A stretch of 64,000 bases of DNA. Origin: Eledone cirrhosa. Its lineage: Eukaryota. The position numbers and the translations under genes are program-made. Shown one piece after another: positions 1-12,700 of the stretch. The notes below the pieces were generated by a model. The model saw nothing but the letters and a program-made list of their open reading frames with translations. It did no database searches and had not been told where the DNA came from. The stretch is taken from positions 42,904,001-42,968,000 of the forward strand of contig OZ024754.1 of the NCBI GenBank assembly GCA_964016885.1, written 5' to 3'. Each line of letters opens with the position of its first letter. The stretch's first letter is position 1.

Positions 1-150
1 ATCGGGAGGTTGAGAGTTCGATTCTTGAGCCAGGTGATGCGTTGTCTCCTTGAGCAAGTCACTTTACTTCACGTTGCTCCAGTTTACTCAGCTGTAGTTG
101 TGATGTGACTGGTGCCAAGCTGTATCGGCCATTGTCTTTCCCTTGGACAT
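1..150 (+). mobile_element. tRNA-derived CORE-type SINE, 5' end cut by the window edge
   Basis: B-box-like GAGTTCGATTC, then the CORE-like motif GTTGTCTCCTTGAGCAAGTCACTTTAC...CAGTTTACTCAGCTG. The tail CTGGTGCCAAGCTGTATCGGCC recurs inverted near 63890-63913. Confidence 0.7.
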
Positions 151-154
151 TATC

Positions 155-1012
155 GTATGTAGTTTAGTGCGTGTATGTGCGTGTATGTATAAGTGTGTAT
201 GTGCGTGTATGTATGTATGTCTCTGTATATATGTGTGTGTGTGTGTATGTGTGTGTGTACCGCTGTACGTCTGTGTATGTCTGTGTGTGTGTATGTCTCT
301 GTATATATGTGTGTGTATGTGTGTGTGTACCGCTGTACGTCTGTGTATGTCTCTGTGTGTGTGTATGTCACTGTATATGTGTGTGTGTGTGTATGTGTGT
401 GTGTACCGCTGTACGTCTGTGTATGTCTGTGTGTGTGTATGTCACTGTATATGTGTATGTGTGTGTGTACCTCTGTACGTCTGTGTATGTCTGTGTGTGT
501 GTATGTCACTGTATATGTGTGTGTGTACCTCTGTACGTCTGTGTATGTCTGTGTGTGTATGTCACTGTATATGTGTATGTGTGTGTGTACCTCTATAGTC
601 TGTGTATGTCTGTGTGTGTGTATTGTCTCTGTATATATGTGTGTGTGTGTATGTGTGTGTGTGTGTACCTCTGTACGTCTGTGTATGTGTGTATGTCTCT
701 GTATACGTGTGTGTGTGTGTGTGTGTGTGTACCTCTGTACGTCTGTGTATGTCTGTGTGTGTGTATGTCACTGTATATGTGTGTGTATGTGTGTGTGTAC
801 CTCTGTACGTCTGTGTATGTCTGTGTGTGTGTATGTCTCTGTATATGTGTGTGTGTATGTATGTGTGTGTGTACCTCTGTACGTCTGTGTATGTCTGTGT
901 GTGTGTATGTCTCTGTATGTGTGTGTGTGTGTATGTGTGTGTGTACCTCTGTACGTCTGTGTACGTCTGTGTATGTCTGTGTGTGTATGTCACTGTATAT
1001 GTGTGTGTGTGT
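155..1012. repeat. Compound TG-rich minisatellite (core GTACCTCTGTACGTCTGTGTATGTCT plus (TG)n)
   Basis: Core repeated more than 10 times with variable (TG)n spacers; it explains the C/V/H/T-rich ORFs here. Confidence 0.95.
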
Positions 1013-1324
1013 GATGAGAGGGTGACACAGTGAAAACATCGTGACTTTTTCACCACTTTGAATCTTATTTTCATTTTACTTTATCTTTTATCTTTTCTAT
1101 TCCGCCCTAAAAGACTTTCCATCTTTCCCTTGCCTTATTTTCTTCCCTCCCTAAGTATCCCTCGGTTTCCCTCTCAACCATGTACATCATCATGTCTTCA
1201 TATATGATGTACGTGAGTTATCCACCTTTTTAAAATGGTATTTAAAACGGATCAGGAAATTTGGCATGTTGAATGAACAAATAAAATAAACAGATGAATA
1301 AATATATAAACAAATATACAAACG

Positions 1325-1380
<56 letters not shown>

Positions 1381-1547
1381 CAAATATACAACATGGTATA
1401 AACAATATATATATATATATATATAATATATATAATATATATAATATATATATACAAGGCATAAACAAACAAAATAAAGAGCTGATAGGGATTGAAACAT
1501 GTAACAAATTCTAAACGATTTAATCTGCCCCCAGATATTGTTATTAT

Positions 1548-1578
<31 letters not shown>

Positions 1579-1914
1579 CTTGTTGTTGTTCTTGTTGTTG
1601 TTGTTGTTATTATTATTATTATTGTTGCTGAAATATATTAAAGACACTTTAGTTGACAGAAATGGCGTCGTTTAAAATCTAGTGAGAAGACACGTAGATG
1701 AGAGAGAGAGAGAGTGTGATCAACCTAAAGAGATACAGACAACTACCTCCCACCACCCTCCACCCCACCCACACTCTATGAAACTCACGTCTTGTTACGC
1801 ACAAAAGAGCAGTGTTAAACTGTTTAATTTACATTTCTGGTATTGTTGTTGTTGATGTTGTTGTTGCTGTTTTCGGATCTCCGTCAGAGATAACGAGGTG
1901 TCTTTCACTACGTT

Positions 1915-2018
1915 GACCAACGGAACTGTCTGCTTGTGAAGTTAACTTGCAAGTGGCTGAGCATTCCTCTGAGAGATGTGCTCTTGTCATAGATTCTTAG
2001 GTAGATTCAGCATGACAC
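1915..2018 (+). repeat. Dispersed repeat fragment (second copy ~55947-56037)
   Basis: TGCTTGTGAAGTTAACTTGCAAGTGGCTGAGCATTCC...GATTCAGCATGAC matches TGCTCGTTAAATTAACTAGAAGTGGCTGAGTATTCC...GATTCAGCATGAC near 55950. Confidence 0.6.
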
Positions 2019-2023
2019 AATAT

Positions 2024-2100
2024 GCCTTGCTTGAGGACACAATGCCTCGTCCTCAATTGAACTCACGATCATGAGCCGAATGCCCTAACCATTAAGCCAT
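2024..2100 (-). mobile_element. Degenerate CORE-type SINE head
   Basis: The minus strand reads TGGCTTAATGGTTAGGGCATTCGGCTCATGATCGTGAGTTCAATT...ATTGTGTCCTCAAGCAAGGCA (A box, B box, start of CORE). Confidence 0.6.
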
Positions 2101-2240
2101 CTATGTTCACATTTTAAGAGCTTTTTTTTCCTTTTCCTTTTCATTTTCCGGTTCTTCTGTTTTTTTTGGTTAAATAAATCACTTTCTATTTTTCACTGAG
2201 TTGATTTCTGGTTCATATTTAATTGGCAATAAGAGGGAGG

Positions 2241-2590
2241 TGGATTGGCAGCATCGGTAGAGAATCGGACGCCATGCTTTGCAGCATAGAGTTACGGTCC
2301 TTTACAGTCTGAGTTCAAATCCCGCTGAGGTCGACTTTGCGGTTAAATAAATCACTTTCTATTTTCACTGAGTTGATTTTCGGTTCATATTTAATTGGCA
2401 ATATCGTAACAATATAGGACAAAATATTTATGGTATATAGTTACGTCCCTTTACATTCTGAGTTCAAGCCCCGCTGAGGTCAACTTTGCATTTATCCACT
2501 CGAGATCGATAAAGTTCTAGAGGCAGTATAATCGACATTTCCTATCCAGCCACAATTGTTGGCCTTCTGCCGAAATTAGAAAACAATTTT
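2241..2590 (+). mobile_element. Two partial copies of the major tRNA-derived SINE (family S1)
   Basis: TGGATTGGCAGCATCGGTAGAG...CTGAGTTCAAATCCCGCTGAGGTCGACTTTGC (2241-2340) and a diverged 3' copy ending GGCCTTCTGCCGAAATTAGAAAACAAT. Confidence 0.75.
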
Positions 2591-3081
2591 CTTTTAGAGA
2601 CACACCAATGATTTGTGTTGTTGTTGCAATCATTGTTGTTTTGTGGTTGTAGTTATTATTGTGTTGTTGTTGTAATTGGTTTTGTTTTGTAATCCTTCAG
2701 AAGAAAACAGTTGGTTTGGTCAATCGGGATGTGTGGAGGAAAATATAAAATATAAAATAACAAAATAAAAACATGTTTTTACCATTCTTTTCAAAGTTTT
2801 ACCCGCATTATACTGAGATGAACAAAAATACCTAAGTCCAATACACACACACACACACACGTATATATATATAGTTAGATAGATGGATAGAGAGAGAGGA
2901 AGATGGAGAGATTATATATATATATGTATATATATATGTATATATATATGCATATATATATAAATGTGTGTGTGTGTGTGTGTATGTATATATATATGTG
3001 TGTGTGTGTATATATATGTGTACGTATATATATGTATATATATATATGAGATAGATAGATACAATTTTATCTCTATATATT

Positions 3082-3143
<62 letters not shown>

Positions 3144-3828
3144 GCACGCACACACACACACACACACACGCACGCACACACACACACACACACATATACT
3201 GAGAAATATCAAGTAAAACAAAACATAATGAAAGGCGAAATAAAATCAATTTGGTAGAATCTACTGTTACACACGTCTTCTCCACGTCTTTTATTTTTCG
3301 TCTTTTAGTTTTTCCTTGATTTTTTTTTTTTTATTCCTTGCCAGAACAAATCAATGTAGAGACGCTAACACGTACAACACAACACAACGCACGGCGGCCA
3401 TTTTACATCCTTGGAGAAACACTTCAATCTGCTAACTTGTCAATACAGCAGGAATAAACACACACACACTCACACACACACACTCTCTCTCTCACACACA
3501 CACTCACACACATATATATATATACACACTCATGCTCACACACGCTGTCCCACGATGATGTACCTTGTGTAAACACAATCAGAGCTCTATTAAGTATTTA
3601 CTGCGAAACTCCACATGTATTTCATAGCTGTTTTCTCAAGATTTACAAGAAAGATTCGGCAGGAAAAATACGCCCTGAATACGTTGAAACAAGATGGCGA
3701 CATTCTCAAACTATGTTTTTGTGTGTTTTTTTAAAATATGTTTAGTTGTTTTACAACAGAAAAACACGCGAACACACACGCGAGAGACGTAGAGTAACGC
3801 ACAGATCTTTTCATTCACACACGCATAA

Positions 3829-3950
<122 letters not shown>

Positions 3951-3958
3951 GCACGCAC

Positions 3959-3995
<37 letters not shown>

Positions 3996-4078
3996 AGTTT
4001 ATCCCGGGTTCAACCGGGGTAACCACAGTAAGTAAGGTACTCAATACATAGCACAGTATAACTATTTAATATAGAAAT

Positions 4079-4129
4079 GGCTTCTACAGGACTAGAACTG
4101 TTTCATTCTTTAGAAATAATCAGGAAGCC
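4079..4129 (-). ncRNA. Type I hammerhead motif, family H1, with a G8 substitution (probably inactive)
   Basis: Minus strand: GGCTTC-CTGATTA-TTTCTAAAGAAT-GAA-ACAG TTCTAGTC CTGT-A-GAAGCC. Stem I GGCTTC/GAAGCC, stem III ACAG/CTGT, GUA site. An inverted stub CTGATGATTTCTCC starts at 4130; a partial copy lies at 4230-4280. Confidence 0.7.
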
Positions 4130-4168
4130 CTGATGATTTCTCCTTAATGATTTCTCCTTCTATATTAG

Positions 4169-4232
<64 letters not shown>

Positions 4233-4434
4233 TATAGAAATGGCGTCTACAGGACTAGAACTGTTTCATTCAGGAGAAATATATATATATATATATACAG
4301 AGAGAGAGAGGGAGGGAGCGAGAGAGAAGGGGAGAGAAATGAGGTGGAACAGAAATGAAACATGGATTACAGGTTAAAATATAGTCTAAATAGATGTGAA
4401 ACAAAACGAGGATGTAGTTTATGGAACACCCAAA

Positions 4435-4905
4435 TGATTTAGAAGTCGACCTTAAGTAGGAGCAATAACATTAAGAAAGACATGAACGACACCACAGCAC
4501 TTTGTAGTGAACATTTTGAAAGTAGGTTTATAAGTATGAATTTTCATAAGATTTTCGTGGTTGTCTCTGTGGTCCAGTGGTAGGTACTAGAGACGGTGGA
4601 GATCCTGGTCTTGGGTTCAATCCTGGTCAAGAGATACATGTAGACTCTTTCAGTTTTTATTTTACAACCAATAGGAAAAAAACTGAAAAGGTTTACCGGG
4701 AACCCTACAGCCGACCAGGATCGAACTCCAGACCAGGATCACCACCGCCTCTAGTAGCTACCGCCAGGCCACCGAGACAGCTACAAAAGTATAACGAAAA
4801 TTGATAATTATAAACCTACTTTCAAAATCAAAGTTAAAAAGATGTAGTGACGTTCATGGCTTTCCTAAAGTTATTAGTAATATTTAGGGTCGACTTCTGG
4901 TCATT
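4435..4905. mobile_element. Diverged ~230-bp inverted repeat, each arm carrying a tRNA-like head (foldback/MITE-like)
   Basis: AGAAGTCGACC...TTTTGAAAGTAGGTTTATAA...GTCTCTGTGGTCCAGTGG...GGTTCAATCCTGG...TTTCAGTTTT is mirrored by AAAACTGAAA...CCAGGATCGAACT...CCACCGAGAC...TTATAAACCTACTTTCAAAA...GGTCGACTTCT. Confidence 0.75.
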
Positions 4906-5116
4906 ATTGAAAGTCGCTGGATTTCGCAAAATACATTATATATCTTATTGGAGAAGGTGAGATATTATGCCGCAAAAATTTGATTGCACTGTTTTGTTTC
5001 CACATGTATTTTTCGAAAATGTTATTTATTCATTATAAAAATTAAATGATAGCATTCTATATGTAGGTGGGCCCCCTTCATCTCCTGGCAACCAATATTT
5101 TTAGATCCAGTCCGCC

Positions 5117-5157
<41 letters not shown>

Positions 5158-5255
5158 TATATATATATATATACACATACACACACACACATATATATAT
5201 ATATACACATACACACACACACATACACACACACACACATATATATATATATTAT

Positions 5256-5286
<31 letters not shown>

Positions 5287-5393
5287 CACATACATCCACA
5301 CACATACATATATATACACACACACACAAATATATATATACACATATACATACACACATATATATATATACACATATATATATATACACACAT

Positions 5394-5509
<116 letters not shown>

Positions 5510-6102
5510 CCCTTCATTAAAAAAGATTCTTACAACCATGTAACATAGCTGTAGAGAAATATGTATTCCTGTATTCCATCTACCATATAATTACAATATC
5601 AACATATAATTACAATATCAACATATAATTACGATATGACCTTTGCCCATGTGCACTTAATAAATCTTTCAAAAACGATATAACAAGCTTGCTGCCCTTT
5701 TCAGGTTTTCGCCTGTCATTCAGACTAAGGCGGTTTCTCTTAACTCAAATCAAATAAATGACATTGATAATGGACATTTTAATAACTGTTTCATTAAGTT
5801 TTCTTGGGGTAGGGCTTGGTTGGTATGTGTGGTGTGCATGGTTGGGGAGGAAATGTCTCGTTTCTTTTCATTTTTAAGGTTTATTATTGGTATTTTGTCT
5901 TTCTTATCTCCCTTAGCCTCTCCATTTCTTTAGCTGTTGTGTGTTTCAAATGTCTGTATAAAACGCTAAGGTTTTAGTACTTAAACACGGGGTCAACATG
6001 ATGGTAAGAATGGTTATAAATATGATATGATATACATACATACATACACTTGAGTATGTGTGTATAAATATATGTGTGTAGATGTATGTATACATGCGTG
6101 CG

Positions 6103-6140
<38 letters not shown>

Positions 6141-6179
6141 CATATATGCAAATATGTATATATAAATATATACGTAGGT

Positions 6180-6214
<35 letters not shown>

Positions 6215-6285
6215 AAGCAATGTACGTATGTATGTATATATATATACTTACATACATATATATATATATTGCCCTCTCTCTCTAC

Positions 6286-6354
<69 letters not shown>

Positions 6355-6436
6355 CTTATATATATATATAAATATAAATTCAGCGAGAATCGCATTTCGG
6401 CGGGTAGAAAAAGCGAAACGAAACGCAAAATCAGAG

Positions 6437-6495
<59 letters not shown>

Positions 6496-6512
6496 ATGTT
6501 TAATATACAAAT

Positions 6513-6560
6513 GGCTTCTACAGGACTAGAACTGTTTCATTCGTAATAAATCACCAGGAA
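6513..6560 (-). ncRNA. Hammerhead motif, family H1, degenerate (CUGGUGA core, 5' stem I truncated)
   Basis: Minus strand TTC-CTGGTGA-TTTATTACGAAT-GAAACAGTTCTAGTCCTGTA-GAAGCC, inside a (TA)n tract. Confidence 0.55.
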
Positions 6561-6562
6561 TG

Positions 6563-6593
<31 letters not shown>

Positions 6594-6623
6594 GTATATA
6601 CATATATATATATAATACACACA

Positions 6624-6709
<86 letters not shown>

Positions 6710-7009
6710 TATCAGTATGTTTGTGCCAGTGCACGTGTATATATGGAAGAACATATGTAAGTATCCATGTTTCGTTATTAAATTACCGTCTATCAAAATA
6801 ATTAGAAATATTAACTTACAACTTAGCTTATCACCAGCTCATTGTTCTAGACTTCTAGACCCGGCAGTGTCGGACGCCCCAATCTAAATCATTTAGTGTA
6901 TGACAATTAGAGGGATCTTCATTATTGCTGCCCTTTGAAGTGAAGTAGCCCTCTTCGTCATCTACAATTGTCAGGGTAATTAGATGGTTGAAAGAAAGGA
7001 ATAAAAGTG

Positions 7010-7882
7010 TGGGAGTCGGTGAAATGAAGTAAAGAAATGTATGTGAAGGGGTCGGTGAAATGAAGTAAAGAAATGTATGTGAAAGGGTCGGTGAAATGGA
7101 GTAAAGAAATGTATGTGAAGGGGTCGGTGAAATGAAGTAAAAAAAATGTATGTGAAGGGGTCGGTGAAATGAAGTAAAGAAATGTATGTGAAGGGGTCGG
7201 TGAAATGAAGTAAAAAAAATGTATGTGAAGGGTCGGTGAAATGAAGTAAAGAAATGTATGTGAAGGGGTCGGTGAAATGGAGTAAAAAAAATGTATGTGA
7301 AGGGGTCGGTGAAATGGAGTAAAGAAATGTATGTGAAGGGTCGGTGAAATGGAGTAAAGAAATGTATGTGAAGGGGTCGGTGAAATGGAGTAAAAAAAAT
7401 GTATGAGAAGGGGTCGGTGAAATGGAGTAAAGAAATGTATGTGAAGGGGTCGGTGAAATGGAGTAAAGAAATGTATGTGAAGGGGTCGGTGAAATGAAGT
7501 AAAGAAATGTATGTGAAGGGGTCGGTGAAATGAAGTAAAGAAATGTATGTGAAGGGGTCGGTGAAATGAAGTAAAGAAATGTATGTGAAGGGGTCGGTGA
7601 AATGAAGTAAAGAAATGTATGTGAAGGGGTCGGTGAAATGAAGTAAAGAAATGTATGTGAAGGGGTCGGTGAAATGAAGTAAAGAAATGTATGTGAAGGG
7701 TCGGTGAAATAGAGTAAAGAAATGTATGTGAAGGGGTCGGTGAAATGAAGTAAAGAAATGTATGTGAAGGGGTCGGTGAAATGAAGTAAAGAAATGTATG
7801 TGAAGGGTCGGTGAAATAGAGTAAAGAAATGTATGTGAAGGGTCGGTGAAATGAAGTAAAGAAATGTATGAGAAGGGGTCGG
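7010..7882. repeat. 36-bp minisatellite GGGGTCGGTGAAATGAAGTAAAGAAATGTATGTGAA, ~24 copies
   Basis: Direct tandem periodicity; it produces the HFTDPFTYISLL repeat ORFs. Confidence 0.97.
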
Positions 7883-8063
7883 GTGGTCGGGTGGTGTGTG
7901 ATGGGTGGATGACAAAAAATTGTGTATGATTCAGAAATGGTGATGGCGTTCGTTTCATAGATAATAGTTTTCGACATTATAAGTTTATAAGTGAGGAGGT
8001 GATAGCGACAAGGAAGGTATGTCTGTAGGATTAAAAAGGAAAGGAAAAAATAACAACAATAAT

Positions 8064-8064
8064 T

Positions 8065-8136
<72 letters not shown>

Positions 8137-8151
8137 CTATTAGTAGTAGTG

Positions 8152-8194
<43 letters not shown>

Positions 8195-8322
8195 AGGCGG
8201 TGGTAGTGGTAGTAGTGGTGGTGGTGATGGATGTGGTGGTAGTTGTGGTGGTAGTCGTAGTAGTAATGGTGGTAGTAGTAGTGTTGGTAGTAGTAGTAGT
8301 GGTGGTGGTGGTGGTGGTGGTG
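8064..8322. repeat. (TAG)n/(TGG)n compound microsatellite
   Basis: Visible triplet repeats. Confidence 0.95.
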
Positions 8323-8470
8323 GCTAGACGTTTATTCCGACCCTCTCAGATGTAAATGAATCTATCTATCTATCTATCTATCTATCTATATGTTTATCTA
8401 TCTATATGTTTATTCCCTTCTTTCTCTTGCCCCCTCTCTCCCATCTCTCCCTCCCTCTCTCCCCCTTTTT

Positions 8471-8526
<56 letters not shown>

Positions 8527-8584
8527 CGAGTATATATCGAATTTGGCCGGAGTATCGCTATTAGCTTTCTCCGTTTATGTATTT

Positions 8585-8660
<76 letters not shown>

Positions 8661-9292
8661 GTGTTTTCCCCCGTAGATAGACAGGTAAGGCAGGTAGACA
8701 GATAGATAGACAGACAGATAGATTATTAGATAATTAAATAGTACGTGAATAAATGCTGCCGTTGGAATTAACATTCCACGAAAGCTAAGTATCTCAAGAA
8801 TTGAGCTAACGATGGGAATAATTGCAACCATAATTACTGGAACTATTCTTACCATTTCTACGAATCCTTCCGTCTTTGTTATATAGCTGCAGTTATATAT
8901 CATAACAAAATGAAAGTGCCGACACCCTGATACATGGTTTAGTAATTTTACCTGTATACAGAGGTGTAACAAGGATAAATAGCGCCTATAGCAAATATTG
9001 AGATTGCGCACCTGTCCATGTAGCAAGATATATAGTAGTTATTATACAATGGGATTGACATTGTAGTTTAAATAAATAAGGGTTTAGGGTTTTAAACTGT
9101 ATTTTCACTTGTTCTACAGGTATCTCTTACACTTAAAGTATTGGCAAATGTTTTGTGTATTTAAAGAGGAATGATCTGTGTAATACTAATCTTTGACAAA
9201 TATTAAAACCCTATAAAAATATTTGACAGATCATGCTATGAGGTATGCCTCTGTGGTCATGTAGTTCCCAGAACTATATTTTTACCTCTATA

Positions 9293-9334
<42 letters not shown>

Positions 9335-9421
9335 GGAGGTGAGTTTTATTGTAGTACAATATGTTGATTTAAAACTGCACTATCCACAAGTGTTTTTTAG
9401 CCTTCATATCATGTTCTCCAG

Positions 9422-9488
9422 TTTTATCTGATGAAAACACAAATATTATTGCATGATGATGTTTGTTTTTGAAATGCGCATAATAAAA
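9422..9488 (+). ncRNA. Intact minimal type I hammerhead motif, family H2, in a (TA)n-embedded island (~9331-9525)
   Basis: TTTTAT-CTGATGA-AAACACAAATATTATT GCAT GATGATGTTTGTTTTT-GAA-ATGCGCAT-A-ATAAAA. Stem I TTTTAT/ATAAAA, long G-U-rich stem II, palindromic stem III ATGCGCAT, AATAAA overlapping stem I'. Confidence 0.85.
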
Positions 9489-9520
9489 TACATGAAACTC
9501 CTTTAACCATCTTTTGATCT

Positions 9521-9559
<39 letters not shown>

Positions 9560-9756
9560 CAGAAGGGATATTTAATTTGTTGGTAATTCAACAAATATAA
9601 ATGTTTATAACTGATTCTATATATATATATATATATATATAGATATATATATATACACACACACACACATATATATATATAATATATACACACATATACA
9701 TACAAACGTGAATTAAGTATTAGATTCTTCAATGCATCTGTCACATATTTTCGGTC

Positions 9757-12700
9757 TATCTCTTGTATATTGTATATCTCTTGTATATCTCTTGTATATC
9801 TCTTGTATATTGTATATCTCTTGTATATCTCTTGTATATCTCTTGTATATTGTATATCTCTTGTATATCTCTTGTATATTGTATATCTCTTGTATATTGT
9901 ATATCTCTTGTATATTGTATATCTCTTGTATATTGTATATCTCTTGTATATTGTATATCTCTTGTATATTGTATATCTCTTGTATATTGTATATCTCTTG
10001 TATATCTCTTGTATATCTCTTGTATATTGTATATCTCTTGTATATCTCTTGTATATCGTATATCTCTTGTATATTGTATATCTCTTGTATATTGTATATC
10101 TCTTGTATATTGTATATCTCTTGTATATCGTATATCTCTTGTATATCTCTTGTATATCGTATATCTCTTGTATATTGTATATCTCTTGTATATCGTATAT
10201 CTCTTGTATATCGTATATCTCTTGTATATCGTATATCTCTTGTATATTGTATATCTCTTGTATATCTCTTGTATATCGTATATCTCTTGTATATTGTATA
10301 TCTCTTGTATATTGTATATCTCTTGTATATTGTATATCTCTTGTATATCGTATATCTCTTGTATATCTCTTGTATATCGTATATCTCTTGTATATCGTAT
10401 ATCTCTTGTATATCGTATATCTCTTGTATATTGTATATCTCTTGTATATCTCTTGTATATTGTATATCTCTTGTATATTGTATATCTCTTGTATATAGTA
10501 TATCTCTTGTATATCTCTTGTATATTGTATATCTCTTGTATATCTCTTGTATATCTCTTGTATATTGTATATCTCTTGTATATTGTATATCTCTTGTATA
10601 TCTCTTGTATATTGTATATCTCTTGTATATCGTATATCTCTTGTATATTGTATATCTCTTGTATATCTCTTGTATATTGTATATCTCTTGTATATTGTAT
10701 ATCTCTTGTATATCTCTTGTATATCTCTTGTATATTGTATATCTCTTGTATATCTCTTGTATATCGTATATCTCTTGTATATTGTATATCTCTTGTATAT
10801 TGTATATCTCTTGTATATTGTATATCTCTTGTATATCTCTTGTATATCGTATATCTCTTGTATATTGTATATCTCTTGTATATCTCTTGTATATTGTATA
10901 TCTCTTGTATATTGTATATCTCTTGTATATCTCTTGTATATTGTATATCTCTTGTATATCTCTTGTATATCGTATATCTCTTGTATATTGTATATCTCTT
11001 GTATATCTCTTGTATATCGTATATCTCTTGTATATCTCTTGTATATTGTATATCTCTTGTATATCTCTTGTATATCGTATATCTCTTGTATATTGTATAT
11101 CTCTTGTATATCGTATATCTCTTGTATATCGTATATCTCTTGTATATCGTATATCTCTTGTATATTGTATATCTCTTGTATATTGTATATCTCTTGTATA
11201 TCTCTTGTATATCGTATATCTCTTGTATATTGTATATCTCTTGTATATCGTATATCTCTTGTATATCGTATATCTCTTGTATATCTCTTGTATATCGTAT
11301 ATCTCTTGTATATCGTATATCTCTTGTATATTGTATATCTCTTGTATATCTCTTGTATATCGTATATCTCTTGTATATTGTATATCTCTTGTATATCGTA
11401 TATCTCTTGTATATCGTATATCTCTTGTATATCGTATATCTCTTGTATATCGTATATCTCTTGTATATTGTATATCTCTTGTATATTGTATATCTCTTGT
11501 ATATCGTATATCTCTTGTATATCGTATATCTCTTGTATATTGTATATCTCTTGTATATCGTATATCTCTTGTATATTGTATATCTCTTGTATATTGTATA
11601 TCTCTTGTATATCTCTTGTATATTGTATATCTCTTGTATATTGTATATCTCTTGTATATTGTATATCTCTTGTATATCTCTTGTATATCGTATATCTCTT
11701 GTATATTGTATATCTCTTGTATATCTCTTGTATATTGTATATCTCTTGTATATTGTATATCTCTTGTATATTGTATATCTCTTGTATATCGTATATCTCT
11801 TGTATATCGTATATCTCTTGTATATCGTATATCTCTTGTATATTGTATATCTCTTGTATATCTCTTGTATATTGTATATCTCTTGTATATTGTATATCTC
11901 TTGTATATCTCTTGTATATCGTATATCTCTTGTATATTGTATATCTCTTGTATATTGTATATCTCTTGTATATCGTATATCTCTTGTATATCGTATATCT
12001 CTTGTATATCGTATATCTCTTGTATATCGTATATCTCTTGTATATTGTATATCTCTTGTATATTGTATATCTCTTGTATATTGTATATCTCTTGTATATC
12101 GTATATCTCTTGTATATTGTATATCTCTTGTATATTGTATATCTCTTGTATATCTCTTGTATATTGTATATCTCTTGTATATCTCTTGTATATCGTATAT
12201 CTCTTGTATATTGTATATCTCTTGTATATCTCTTGTATATCGTATATCTCTTGTATATTGTATATCTCTTGTATATCTCTTGTATATCGTATATCTCTTG
12301 TATATCGTATATCTCTTGTATATTGTATATCTCTTGTATATCGTATATCTCTTGTATATTGTATATCTCTTGTATATCTCTTGTATATTGTATATCTCTT
12401 GTATATTGTATATCTCTTGTATATCGTATATCTCTTGTATATTGTATATCTCTTGTATATTGTATATCTCTTGTATATCTCTTGTATATTGTATATCTCT
12501 TGTATATCGTATATCTCTTGTATATTGTATATCTCTTGTATATCTCTTGTATATTGTATATCTCTTGTATATCGTATATCTCTTGTATATTGTATATCTC
12601 TTGTATATCGTATATCTCTTGTATATTGTATATCTCTTGTATATCGTATATCTCTTGTATATTGTATATCTCTTGTATATCTCTTGTATATTGTATATCT

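Noticed and set aside
4563-4633. Functional tRNA gene
   Set aside because: A and B boxes are present, but I cannot see a convincing cloverleaf or anticodon arm; treated as a tRNA-derived repeat.
6855-7977. 311-367 aa ORFs
   Set aside because: Translations of the 36-bp minisatellite in three frames.
8740-9030. Hydrophobic minus-strand ORF segment (GFVEMVRIVPVIMVAIIPIV...)
   Set aside because: No recognisable family or clear splice boundaries; cannot be supported as a CDS.
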